From contig NC_043003.1 of the NCBI RefSeq assembly GCF_006345805.1, positions 62,124,001 to 62,188,000 of the forward strand: a DNA stretch of 64,000 nt, in the 5' to 3' direction. The translations under genes and the position numbers were made by a program. Under the pieces are notes generated by a model. The model did no database searches. It saw only the letters and a list, made by a program, of their open reading frames with translations, and had not been told where the DNA came from. This document shows, piece by piece, positions 1 to 11,800 of this stretch. Position 1 is the first letter of the stretch, and every line of letters begins with the position of its first letter. The stretch comes from Octopus sinensis (taxonomy: Eukaryota).

Positions 1-2127
1 ACAAATATTCACTACAAAAGGGAAATTTCAGAGCTCACATACTTATGGAGTGAATCATGTATGTTAAGAGTCAATCATACAGGGAAGCTAGTACAGAAGT
101 ACAGAAAAGAGTAAGCAGAATGCAAGTTAGGCTATTGTATTCAAGGCTTTATTCTAAACCCTCTACTATCTACCTCTACAATTTTGAGCCATTCGCTTAG
201 AAATAAAAACAGGATATTGAAAGAAGCTTTTATATGCCAACTATCTAATTCCTATTGCAGAATCTATAAAAAAAATATGGAATAATTGTGTATTTTGAGG
301 TTCACTCTTCATTGCTTGAAGAGTTTAATCAGTATTCAAATATATTCAGCAATTAAAAACAGAACTGAGATTTTCCACACATTCCTTCTTGATTGGAAAA
401 GAATATAACATTTGTGAAGAGATTTTGTTTTTCTCTTCACAACCATAATTGAAATGTATTTCAATAATGGAAATTTATAGAAATTTTTGTTATGTATATT
501 CTTTAAATTTTACAAGATGCAAAGTTCAAATGGAGAAATATTCTTGTAGTTTTGAAATTTCTGAACTTCATCTTTTGAGGAAAAAAGATATTGTGAAACT
601 GAGACTGTAATACAAATATTTTTGATAACATTTTTATATCTAATTTTTAATATGTAATTTTTCATTTGATTTTCTATTTTATGTCCTAGAAACAGTATCG
701 ATAAGATATAAATTCAGAAAAAATGATACATGAGGACATTGAAATTTATATCTCATTTATTCTTCATTTCATATACAATTTTTTATATATCTAGAAATTT
801 CAGTAATTTTTAAATTTTAGAAGGAATTTAAAACTTGAAAAAGTTGGTGTAAGGCAAAGGTCTTGACTTTTGAAGTCCTCTGGTGCATTCTCCATATAGA
901 TCTCATAATCCCGTTTGAAAGTGCGATGATAAAACAAATTATAAAATATAACCATTGCATGAATTTTGAGGAAATTTGCTGATATAATATAATCATTATT
1001 AGTGTACACTGTGAATGTTGTTTTTGCTTGTTGTTGATTTTTTTCTGGTTGTCATAGATTTTCACCTGCCAAGGTAGGTTGAATAGAGTGGATTACATAT
1101 AAGTGTTTTTACACATATTTACAAAATATTAGTTCCTGAGCATTGATTTCCTAATTAAATCAATAATAAATAAATCATTAAATATTGTCACCAAGTTCTA
1201 ACTCATTCCAACCATTAAGCTCTAAAAATGCAAGAAGAAAATATCCTTAGAAATTTACTTGATCTTGATAAATGCTAACAATAAATACACATAGTGCCAT
1301 CAAGAAGTCTTTTGATATGAAATTCTTTCTAAAATAAGACTAAACTTTATTTCTCAAACAGAGGAATATTTAGTATTAATTTTTTGCCACTCCCCCAAAA
1401 AACAATACTATTTGAACTGCAATTTCATGTTGTTCAGGATCTGGTGACAGGTGGGGATTTATGAAATATAGGACTTTAAAAGTTTAAAGAGACCATAGCA
1501 AAAACATTAATGTATGAATACCAATATAAGTTACAAAGGCCAAATGAAAACAAGAAAATGGTATGTTGTATTTGTGAGAAGATGGTAGGTTGTAACTGAA
1601 TACTCTTTAGTCAGTTTTAATCATTGAGTGCACCAGAGATAAAGTAAAATTAATGTAGTATGGTTGGAAACCATTGAAATGGTTTCACGAAATGCACTAG
1701 AGTAACTTATAGCACAAGTATTCTTGAAATAAATGTTAGTTATGTACAAATCATATAGCTTACTTAAAATAGCAGGTAAGTGCTTCTCTGTAGGTGACTT
1801 CCTTAAGCTCTTCTTGAGTGAATATTGATATCTTAGTTGTTGGTGTTAGAGATCAAGAAGTATTGAAAACTTGCTACATTTTGAGAACACAGTTTCTCTT
1901 TTAATATAGTCAAAGGGCAAATTATATAAGACATACTGTGTTGTATGGGTAGTATAGGTTGGGGATATGTGTGTGTGCACGCACGTGCATACAGGTTGGA
2001 GCTGAGGTATGACCGGTGGGACAACTGGACATTAAGTGACAGCATATGTGGGCTACCCACTAGTGTAACTAATATACCACTAGCATGACTGGACTGGGCA
2101 ACAACAAGTGGTATAATTGTTGTTGTT

Positions 2128-2290
2128 GTTTAATCCCAGTTCAGTGCTGATTGAGAAAACTTTTGATAAAAGACATTCCAGCTATTTCAGTTTTTTTTTT
2201 TTCAAGTCAATGTACACTTTGAGAAAGTTGGTCATTGTTCAAATGTTTATATCAAAGATTTATTCAATCAAGGCTGACCTGGAGCTAAAC
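2128..2290. repeat. Short inverted-repeat element (MITE-like, or two inverted repeat-family ends), ~50 bp degenerate arms
   Basis: GTTTAATCCCAGTTCAGTGCTGATTGAG (2128) matches the reverse complement of TTCAATCAAGGCTGACCTGGAGCTAAAC (2263-2290) at about 20/28; similarity extends a further ~25 bp inward. Confidence 0.4.
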
Positions 2291-2669
2291 TAAGTATGAT
2301 AAAAAAAAGAACACTTTCACCATGAATGTTCAATATACTGTGCCATTATTCCATTTGACATTCAAATTATCTTTCTTGGTTAAGTTTTTAAGCTATTGAT
2401 TATAAAATCCTTTTGTCATGATGATGATGATGATGATGATGATGTCAAGAATAGTTGGGTCCTTTTTAATAGGATTTTTCTATTAATTTAAAAGGCATCA
2501 CTTGGGATGTTCAGTTGAACATGGGTCAGAATCATTTCTTGTCACTTTTCACATTTATAAGTGATAACAGAATTTAAATTCTAAAGGTTTTCAGTTTGAT
2601 TTTTCTTTTCTGTATACTTATATTAATGGAACCTTAATGCAATTCTCTCTCCTGTAATTTACTCTTTAG

Positions 2670-2776
2670 CAATAAAATTGATTTTATTCAAGAATGTGTT
2701 AATTGTCTAGAGTTAACACATTCAATATATAAATGCATCTATTGTACTTGCATCAGTTCAAAATTCAATCCAAGAG
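2670..2776 (+). CDS. Candidate host-gene exon (unidentified)
   Basis: Acceptor tttactctttag at 2669 and donor GAG|gtattg at 2777; one frame is fully open (NKIDFIQECVNCLELTHSIYKCIYCTCISSKFNPR); no homology recognised. Confidence 0.2.
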
Positions 2777-3100
2777 GTATTGTAATTTATATTTGCTTGG
2801 AATTTTTCTATTTTTATAACAAGTATAATTTCAATAACATACTGTATTGACAGTTAAAGAAATAAACTATTTTCTATGATACATGAAAAATAAATTTAAA
2901 AAAGAAATGAAAATTATATTTGCATAATCATTTAGTTATTTGTTTTACACTTCTGACATTACTATAAATAAATTTCCTTATTTTGCTTGCATGGTTCTTT
3001 AATTGCCTTGATTCTTTTATCATAGTATGACTTCTTCATTTCTTATTCATGTGTCTGATCATTACATATGCATTAAAGTAAAAAATATTTCCCACTGAAG

Positions 3101-3148
3101 GTGTCAAATGTATTAGCCATTTTGGAAATTGGAAGAAGTCTTTATAAG
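3101..3148 (+). CDS. Candidate 48-nt host-gene exon (unidentified)
   Basis: cccactgaag|GTG...TATAAG|gttagt; phase 0-0 frame VSNVLAILEIGRSLYK; a strong acceptor (long pyrimidine tract + ggcag) follows at 3309, giving NLRY-stop, with AATAAA near 3731. Confidence 0.25.
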
Positions 3149-4083
3149 GTTAGTTTTTGTATCAGTAAATAACGTTACTGAGTTTATCTAAGAATTAGAA
3201 ATTCAGCTGTTGTAGTAAAGAATGCCAAGCTAGAATTAGATCTTGAATTCAATGATCATGATATATTTTTTCTTACCTTTTTTTCTTTCTTTCTTTTTTT
3301 TTTTGGCAGAATCTCAGGTATTAGGCTACTACTCCTCTTACTAAGCTGGCAAGTAATCCGATAATGTTTGCCAACAGTATTTTTAAATCACTTGTTAATG
3401 ACTAATTAGATGTTGATAAATTTCTACACTAGAAGATTGATTAAAAGTGTGCACCACCTTATACTTTAAGTTTCTTTCTTACTTGTGAATTGTTTAGTGA
3501 ATTTATCATATTACTTTCCAATGCTTAAATTATAATCATTATTTTAATGTCATCGTTAAATGGAAAAATTATTCATTTTATCTTGGTTTCATATTAGAGA
3601 TTTTTTCTTTACATAACTACAAAGTAAAAATATACAAAATATAATATATTGTAGCAAGTTATTTGCTCAGGAAGATGGATCATATTTCTAGGCAAGTGAA
3701 CAAGACTTTGAGCTCTGTTTTCATATCTTAATAAATATTTTTTTTTAAACTTATAGTTAGAAATGATATACAGAAGGTAAATATATGGCTACTGCTAGCA
3801 CACTATCTTAAAGAAAGTATAGAATTTTATATTTAGAGATTATTTAGTGTATGGGAGTAAACTGTAAAATTGTGGAATACAGAAGCTGAGCAAACAAATG
3901 ACAGTAAAAATATTGAGAATTACTGATATAGAGGATTCCTGTGTATCAGTATAAATATGTATAGTTGTTGTTTAGCCCTGAACTATCTATGATTGTGCAA
4001 ACCTGGGATAAAAGTCTTACATTCATGACCAACCATCAGAAACTACATTTGCTTATGTCTCCTCTCCTTTTAAAGATGTGTGA

Positions 4084-4128
<45 letters not shown>

Positions 4129-4164
4129 TATGTGTGTGTGTTTACATATATATATATATATATT

Positions 4165-4540
4165 TCATCATCATCATCATCATTATTTAACGTCTGTTGT
4201 TCACACTGCCATGGGTTGGATGGTTTGATCAGGGCTGGTAAGCTGGAAGGCTGCATCAGACTCCTGTCTGATTTAGCATGGTTTTCTACAGTTGGATGTC
4301 CTTCCTACTGCCAATCACTCTGAGAGTGTAATGGGTGCTTTTACATGCCACTGGCATGGGTACCATTTGCGTGACACCGGTACCTGCTACGACTGCAATT
4401 TTGCTTGGCCTGATGGGTCTTCTTCTCAAGCCAGACACAATGTCAAAGATCTCAGTCATTACATCTGTGAGACCCAATACTTAAAAGGAACTCAGCCACT
4501 TTACCTCTGTGAGGCCCAACACTTGAAAGGAATTCATACA
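4165..4540 (-). mobile_element. SINE family A (RTE-tail type), minus strand
   Basis: (CAT)n tail at 4165; body matches other copies (7703, 8570, 18480, 61276), including the AGGAAGGGCATCCAGCTGTAGAAA-type motif and the RTE end segment CTTGAGAAGA. Confidence 0.8.
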
Positions 4541-4557
4541 TGTGTGTGTGTGTGTGG

Positions 4558-4588
<31 letters not shown>

Positions 4589-5102
4589 TGTGTGTGTGTG
4601 TGAGTGTGTGTGTACTTTCCACAGCATGTCACATTAGACAAATTATATGTCAAGAACAAGGTGTTCAGGTTAAATTTGATGATTTTTTATGTCTCCTTTT
4701 TTCATGCATAGCTGGATGCAATCATTTTGGAGATCATGAAGTTTAAAGTTGTAACTGAGAAAAAGCTTGCTAGCATGTAGGTTCTAAAACTGTCTTGAGA
4801 CTGTGGTAGCAGCAGAGGGTGGCTACTTTGAGCAAAAACTGCTATCTCCCAGCCATAATCTAGTTGATACTTTGTGACTTTTTGAAATGCTTTTATTTTT
4901 GGATGGGATGTTGTGTATCCTTCTGTTATTCTGCATTACCAGATGCCCATGGGTAACACAGACTATACTGCACTAATCTCAAGGATAGTGACTTTGATGT
5001 CATAATCATGTGATTTGTTGGAATGTGCATAGCAATGTATTAAATAGTTATACTCCATCCTAGAATTACTGTTATTATATATATATATATATACATAAAG
5101 GA

Positions 5103-5135
<33 letters not shown>

Positions 5136-6635
5136 AGAGTAAAAGGTAGACTGTATGAAGCTTGTGTGCAAATGGCTATACTCCATGGTAGTGAGACATG
5201 GGCTCTGAATGCAGAAGGCATGCATACACTGGAGAGAAATGAAGGTAGTATGCTCCATTAGATGTGTAACATCAGCATGCATGTATGACAGAGTGTAAAT
5301 GTATTGAGAGAAAAGTTGGGCATGAAAGGAATCAAATGTAGCATGCAAGAGAGAAGATTACGTTGGTTTGGAAATGTGAAGCATATGAATGAGGACAGCT
5401 GCATAAAGAAGTGACAATCAGTGAAAGTAGATGGTACCCGTGAAAGAGGGACACCCAGAAAGACGTGGAATGAAGTGGTAAGGACCGATCTCAGGATGTT
5501 GGGCCTCAAGGAGGAAATGACAATGGACTGAGATGTCTGGTAATATGATGTTCTTGAGAAGACCTGCCCACGTCAGCAAAACTGAGTTCTAGAAGCACTG
5601 TGTCTCACCCACACTTAGCAAGAAAACTTCTCATACACCCTACTTCAACAAACCAAACTACATCTCTCTATCTCTTCTCTTCCTCACATTTCCACTTCAT
5701 GCACTATACTTACCTCCCACTCCTCAATCCTATCCTCTTGACCCTGTCCACTGTATCACTGCTGTCTGCTAGCCCCCAACCTGTGTGTTCCACCCATATA
5801 TAACAAGAAATCTTTTCACACACCCTACCCCAACAAACCAATCTACACTTCTACATCACTTCTCATCCTCAAATTTCCTCCTTCATACACATTGCCTACC
5901 TTTCACTCCCCAATCCTGTCCTCATGGCCCTTTTCTCTGTATTATTGTGCCCTGGTAGCCTCCCACCACTCTATATATATACCCTCTCTCTCGCTCTCTC
6001 TCACTCACTCTGGCTGGGTAATCTTGTACCCCCTCTACAGCAAGACACCTGTTTCTGCCTTTTTATCTCACTATAACCTTTCATCACCCAACACAAGGTC
6101 ACCTCCTCCAATGCCCCCTCTCCTCTTGAAAGATTTTTTTTCTTGTCTTGCAAATACTTGGTGGACCTGTCAGTCAGTGCAGGTGCCACTTAAAAAGCAT
6201 CCAATCTACACTGTAAAGTGATTGACATGGTTTGATCAGGGCTGGTAAGCTGGAAGGCTGCATCAGACTCCTGTCTGATTTAGCATGGTTTTCTACAGTT
6301 GGATGTCCTTCCTACTGCCAATCACTCTGAGAGTGTAATGGGTGCTTTTACATGCCACTGGCATGGGTACCATTTGCGTGACACCGGTACCTGCTACGAC
6401 TGCAATTTTGCTGTAAAAACCTTGCCAAAACTGACCTCACCTGTACTTGTGCCATGTAAAAAGCACTAAGTCCACTCTGCTGAGTGGTCGGTGTTAGGAA
6501 GGGCATCCAACTGTAAACATCCTACCAAAAGAGTTACAGAAGTCTGGTTCAGGCTTCTGTCTGGTCGGCTCCTGTCAAACTGTCTCACCCATGACAGCAT
6601 GGAATGTGGACATTAAAAGATGATAATGATGATAT
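5136..6635 (+). mobile_element. 5'-truncated RTE-clade LINE: C-terminal ORF remnant, 3' UTR and (GAT)n tail
   Basis: Translation from 5136: RVKGRLYEACVQMAILHGSETWALNAEG...ERRLRWFGNVKHM...RGTPRKTWNEVVRTDLRMLGL...VLEKT with in-frame stops, typical of the RTE ORF C-terminus; continues into a 3' UTR shared with 50120-50615. Confidence 0.85.
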
Positions 6636-6644
6636 AGGAAATTC

Positions 6645-6845
6645 AAATAAAGGAATTATAAATTTAACAATAACAAACAAGAGGATGTGCACAAAGAATG
6701 TATTAGTTTGGTATCCAGTAAAAGATAGAGACTTTGACGTTTTGAACATAACTCTTCATCAGAAAGGGAAAAAGGAAATGTCCAAAGAAGGAAAAGAAAT
6801 TGTCAACAGCATATGTGTAGTTACATTGGGGAAGTAGCCAGAAGT
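6645..6845 (-). mobile_element. Penelope-like element terminal (pLTR) fragment
   Basis: Minus strand reads CTTTCTGATGAAGAGTTATGTTCAAAACGTCAAAG...TAATAC...; similar to 40490-40620, which lies downstream of a PLE GIY-YIG remnant. Confidence 0.6.
6732..6766 (-). ncRNA. Degenerate minimal type I hammerhead ribozyme motif
   Basis: CUUU-CUGAUGA-A-GAGU/UAU/GUUC-AAAA-CGUC-AAAG: intact CUGAUGA, 4-bp helix I (CUUU/AAAG), palindromic ACGU helix III, GUC site; G12 is mutated to A. Confidence 0.55.
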
Positions 6846-7620
6846 ATACATACACACACACATATATATAAAGCAGAAAATAAGTTAGAAATGTGTGTGG
6901 CATCTTTAAAAAGATGTATTTAAAATTACCTTAGTGGTTTTGCAATTTCAGGATTTTAAAAGTGGTGTGTGATGGAGGAACCTAGAGCTATACCATATCT
7001 ATTTTGCCTTTGACTGGAGTTTGAAAATTTACATCTTATGCAGAAAGAGTATGAATCAAATTGCTTTCAATCAAGGTACTGTTTCGTTTGTTGAATCTAG
7101 TCATGAGATCAAAGGATCGTGTGACTGTATCAGTGATAGTTATGTCAATAGTTAAGGCTTTTCTCATGACATTATGGATGATAATTCCCCAAAAATCAAG
7201 ACTGTATTATTCCAGAGAATGTATCATGTGAAAATTATTGCCAGAATAGCTAGAAATAAAGAAGTAGTCCACTTGCTTGTGTAATTTACATATAAGATTG
7301 TCTATGTGTTTGCATGTGAAAATGTAAACTACAATAGTATAATGTCAGTGCAATGTGTAGTTACTGCTTATTCAATTATGATTTATATCTTTTAATAAAA
7401 ATATTTTCTCTGTTTGTCCATATTTGGGATTTGGTTTTGTCAGAACAGAAATAAAACTGGAAGACTAAGCAATTTTGGTGGTTTGTTCGATACTTATAAG
7501 TCTAAGTGTTCACTTAGTGGAATCTGCCTGGTATTAGGATATCACATTTCTTTCCTATGAATAAGCAATCAACTTCACCATGTAAAATAAATATACCACG
7601 ACCCCAATAATCATCAATTG

Positions 7621-7664
<44 letters not shown>

Positions 7665-7702
7665 TGTGTGTGTGTGTATATATAGGATACTTATGTATAA
7701 TA

Positions 7703-8045
7703 TCATCATCATAATCGTTGTTTAACGTCCACTTTCCATGCTAGCATGGGTTGGACGATTTGACTGAGGTGTGGTGAACCAGATGGCTGCACCAGACTCC
7801 AATCTGATCTGGCAGAGTTTCTACAGCTGGATGCTCTTCCTAATGCCAACCACTCCGAGTTTGTAGTAGAGTTTCTGAGAGTGTAGTGGGTGCGTTTATG
7901 TGCCACCGGCATGAGGGCCAGTCAAGTGGTACTGGCAACGACCTCGCTTGAATGTATTTTCACATGCTACCAGCACAAGTGCTGGTAGGTGATGCAGGTA
8001 ACGATCACACTCGAATGGTGTTTTTAACGTGCCATTGGCTTGGAG
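7703..8045 (-). mobile_element. SINE family A, minus strand
   Basis: (CAT)n tail then TTTAACGTCCACTTTCCATGCTAGCATGGGTTGG...CTACAGCTGGATGCTCTTCC, the reverse complement of the 8570-8742 copy. Confidence 0.8.
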
Positions 8046-8214
8046 GTATGAGCCAATGAAGTAGACTGGTGGCCAGCTTGTCATAATTCTTATAATATAA
8101 ATAATATAACTGTTATATCTCTAATAGATTATGTCTTAAATTTTGTTCCATAGTTTAGAGTTTGGCACATAAGGTAGGTTAGAAGGTACTATTGTGTTAA
8201 TATACATACATACA

Positions 8215-8742
8215 CTAAACTCTGCTTGCGAAGACCTGTTGAGGCAAGTGAATTCGAAATTGAAATCAAATTCGATGACTGGCATCCATGCTAGTGGAGT
8301 GCTAAGAGTACCATACAAGCGTGATCATTGCCAGAGCAACAAGCTGGCTTCCATGCAGATGGCATGTAAAAAGCACCATTCAAGCATGGTCATTACCTGC
8401 ATTGCCTTACTGGTGCTTGTGCTGGTGGCATGTGAAAAAACATTTGAGCAAGGTTGTTGCCAGTACCACTGGACTGGCTCCTGTGCAGGTGGCACATAAA
8501 AAGCACCATTTGAGCGTGGTTGCTACCAGTACCGTCTGACTGGCCCTCATGTCAGTGGCACATAAAAGCACCCACTACACTCTTGGAGTGGTTGGCGTTA
8601 GGAAGGGCATCCAGCTGTAGAAACTCTACCAGATCAGATTGGAGTCTGGTGCAGCCATCTGGTTCGCCAGACCTCAGTCAAATCATCCAACCCATGCTAG
8701 CATGGAAAGCAGACGTTAAACGATGATGATGATGATGATGAT
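8215..8742 (+). mobile_element. SINE family A with internal ~66 bp tandem units
   Basis: Repeated GGTGGCACATAAAAAGCACCATT-type units followed by the family A 3' end and (GAT)n tail; same layout as 18050-18632. Confidence 0.8.
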
Positions 8743-8920
8743 ACATACATACATAATATGTATGTGCATGTGGTAACATCTGCTGTCTTTTATTATATCA
8801 TAATATCTCATGCAAATACTTTTCTTCTTAAATTTATTTTACCTATCATTATTGCTCTTAAACTGATTTGATAGTCTTCGTTCAAGAAGCAATTATAAAC
8901 CATCTGCTGCAAAGCATTTA

Positions 8921-9110
8921 GACTATTTCTTAACCAATTTCAGTTCAAAACACTTTTAGTGAATGCTTTCCAAGATTTTAAATTTAAAATTAAATGCAGA
9001 GCAATTGTAAACCTTACATTAAATGTAAAACAAGACTGCTTCTAGACCAGTTACAGTTCAAAGCAGTTATTTTAAATGCTTGCCATAGTTTTAAATCTAA
9101 CATTAAGTAT
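8921..9110. repeat. Diverged tandem duplication, 113 bp period
   Basis: GACTATTTCTTAACCAATTTCAGTTCAAAACAC... (8921) vs GACTGCTTCTAGACCAGTTACAGTTCAAAGCAG... (9034); three anchors share offset 113. Confidence 0.65.
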
Positions 9111-9599
9111 AGATCAATTATACAGTATGAATTAGACAGTCTCACAAAGTGATACATTTCTTATGTGCATTTCTTATTGTTGACTTAATAAGAAAAGGAT
9201 AAATAATCAAATAAAATATAAGATAAAAAAAAAAAACTATAAAATAAACTTCAAATATTTCAGAAAATTCCTTTTTCAGCATTTTCGGTCCTGATTTCTG
9301 CTATTTTAACTGTTCAGTGTGTTTGTTGATGTCTGAAGGATGAGCTTGGCAACACATAGCTTTTATTCCTATATTGACCTTAATCTGAGTTTCAATGTCA
9401 TAACCAATGTTATGTAAATAGAAGAGAATATCTAATTATATAAAACGGTTTTAACAAACTGCGAAGTTGAAATTTATCACCATTATCATGACCACCAGCA
9501 CTTGCCATGACCTTCTACTCCACCCCATTATCATCATCCTTTTTTTAATATCTGTTTTTACATGCTAGCAATGATTGAATAGGTTTGCAATATGGCTGA

Positions 9600-9990
9600 T
9601 CAATATTCTTCTTGATCCTGTATTACTTCTCAGTAGAGCTGAACATTCTCAGATCAGACATTGCCATTTTATTCTGTTTTCCTCAGTCATTTTCTGCTGC
9701 ATTTACCTTCCATTGTTTTCACATAGCATTTTTTCACCTAACAAATTCTTTTCCCAATATATGTCTGCATCAGTACAACTAGCTTTCTCAACTTCTTGCA
9801 TTTAGCCATCACATGAAAGTAACACTCCACATTCAATGGGTCATAATCAAATAATTTCTCTGACCTTCATAGACTTGAATTCAGTATTATGTATATCGTG
9901 CTATATCACATATTTCATACTGTATACTCTCTGCAGAGTAAGGGAGAGAGAGATTTGTTTTGTTGCAAAAAAAGCATTCCTTCCTAAAAT
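9600..9990 (-). mobile_element. Highly decayed RTE 3' ORF remnant
   Basis: Minus strand AGGAAAACAGAATAAAATGGCAATGTCTGATCTGAGAATGTTCAGCTCTACTGAGAAG resembles the RKTWNEVV..DLRMLGL..EM segment at 5460-5520. Confidence 0.35.
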
Positions 9991-10844
9991 ATATATGTAT
10001 GCATTATTTCTTGTGAGCTGACAAATATCTCATAGTGGTACACCCAGGCCATTCTTTTCACTTTCACTGCTAGCCAATGTCATTTCTTGCAGAATTTAAA
10101 ATAATACTTGTCACTCATTTTTCTGTCACATAATATTAGTACCATTTCTATTCTTTATCTTGCACATGACATAAGACTGGTTATCACTTATGAATATTCA
10201 GATCATCCTTTCTATATTATATTACTCGCTGGTTTCTCTTATAGTAACTGGAAACCAACTTGATGAATTAAAGCCTGTAAAATGATGGTTGAAGCAGTTC
10301 ATGTCAGACATCACTTTTGCCATGTACAACAGTAACAAAACATATGGTAGTTTGGTTAACAGAGTTACAGTTATCAGGAAGTTTGGTGATTAACACCTTA
10401 TGACTGGCAAGAATTGTGGTCGTGAGAAGAGAGAGAAGAGAGAGGGCAAGTAATAAAAAAGTGAGATCTCTATTCGTTTTGAGATAGGCTAAGAAAGAAG
10501 TAACAGAGGTCAAAGGGAGGAGATTGATGTAAAAGGGAGAAAAGTAGTGTAAGAGAAAAAATGGTAACAAAATAGAAAAGAAAACTAGGAAGGATGAGAT
10601 AGCAAAGTGAAAGTAATAGTGGGTAGCATGGAAGAAAGTGAGAAAGTCACAGATAGGGAATGATGTAGGATAGGGAAAGAAGAATAGAATGGAATAAAAT
10701 ACAGCAAAACAATTAATTACTTATGGATTAAGTACTCATACTTTGAAGTCTGAGATCAATTATTATTTTAAAATTTTCAGAAAGACTGTTATTACAGAAG
10801 TCTGTCCAATAACAAAAAATGATTTATAGAGTAGTGTACTCAAT

Positions 10845-11112
10845 AAACAGGCATCTACAAACAGGCATCTATGGCCAAGTAGTTCCCTCCTCCATGGATT
10901 AGTAAGGTTGGAAAAGCACAAGCAGGAATGGAATTCCAAATGGATGAAGCTTAGAGGGATAGTTTTAATAAGAGAGATGGATTTGATTTATGTTCTATAA
11001 AATCTGAAAACTGGGAAGTTATAGGCATGATGGTTAAGAAGAGAAATAGATAAGTGAGTCTAAATGGAACAGGTTTTCAGATAGAAAGTTCAGAGGAGCA
11101 GAGGCTGGTGTA
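10845..11112 (-). mobile_element. CR1/L2-like LINE 3' end remnant
   Basis: Minus translation fragments LCSSEL...SIWNSIPACAFP match the CR1/L2-group C-terminal CSSEL and LWNSLP..VFP motifs; ends in a short tandem repeat (AAACAGGCATCTA x2). Confidence 0.55.
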
Positions 11113-11429
11113 GATATGTGTGCATGCATGTATATGAGTGAGTGATAGAGAGAGAGAGAGAGAGTATGTGTGTGTGTGTGTGTGTGTGTGTGAGAAAGAG
11201 AGAGAGAAACATGTGTGAAAGTTGAGTTTAGTTATTTGAGTATGTTGGTGAATGATCCTTTACCAGTCAGCTGAATAGCCTTTTCAAAAGTGACAGAGAT
11301 GTTGTCTGTCATGTTTGTTTTTTATGTATGTATTTCAGTGGGACATTTCAACATATCTGAATAATACTGTAATATGAGTTACAGCTGAAATTTATTAGGG
11401 GCTCAGCAAGTGATTAGTTTTGAAGTATT

Positions 11430-11800
11430 TTCTGGATCTGAATATGGAATTTAGTCTTTTGGACACTGTCTTTGCAATGTTTTATATTTGAAATCTCCAT
11501 GAGATAATGTAAGACTGTAAAACCCACCACTCGTAGTAACTTTGTTTTAGCTGTGTGTTCAAGAACTGACAACTTGATATAACTACACATATCTATGACT
11601 ACTTCTTTGATATATGTAGTCATCATGTCTTAGTTCTATCGAAAGAGCATATCTTGTGTGTGTGTGTAGAATCTGTGGAGAGAAATAATCCAAAAAAGAT
11701 GATGAACATATGGATGGACTAGCATAAAAGACAATCAAACCTTGACAGACACCAGAGGCAGCTCTGTCGAAGCTAAAGTAAAGTACATGGTGAGAAAAAG
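11430..11800 (+). mobile_element. Decayed RTE-like LINE 3' remnant
   Basis: Frameshifted fragments FEISMR..TRSNFVL and NIWMD resemble RTE FE.WC.RR...TN..VL and RW.D motifs. Confidence 0.35.
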
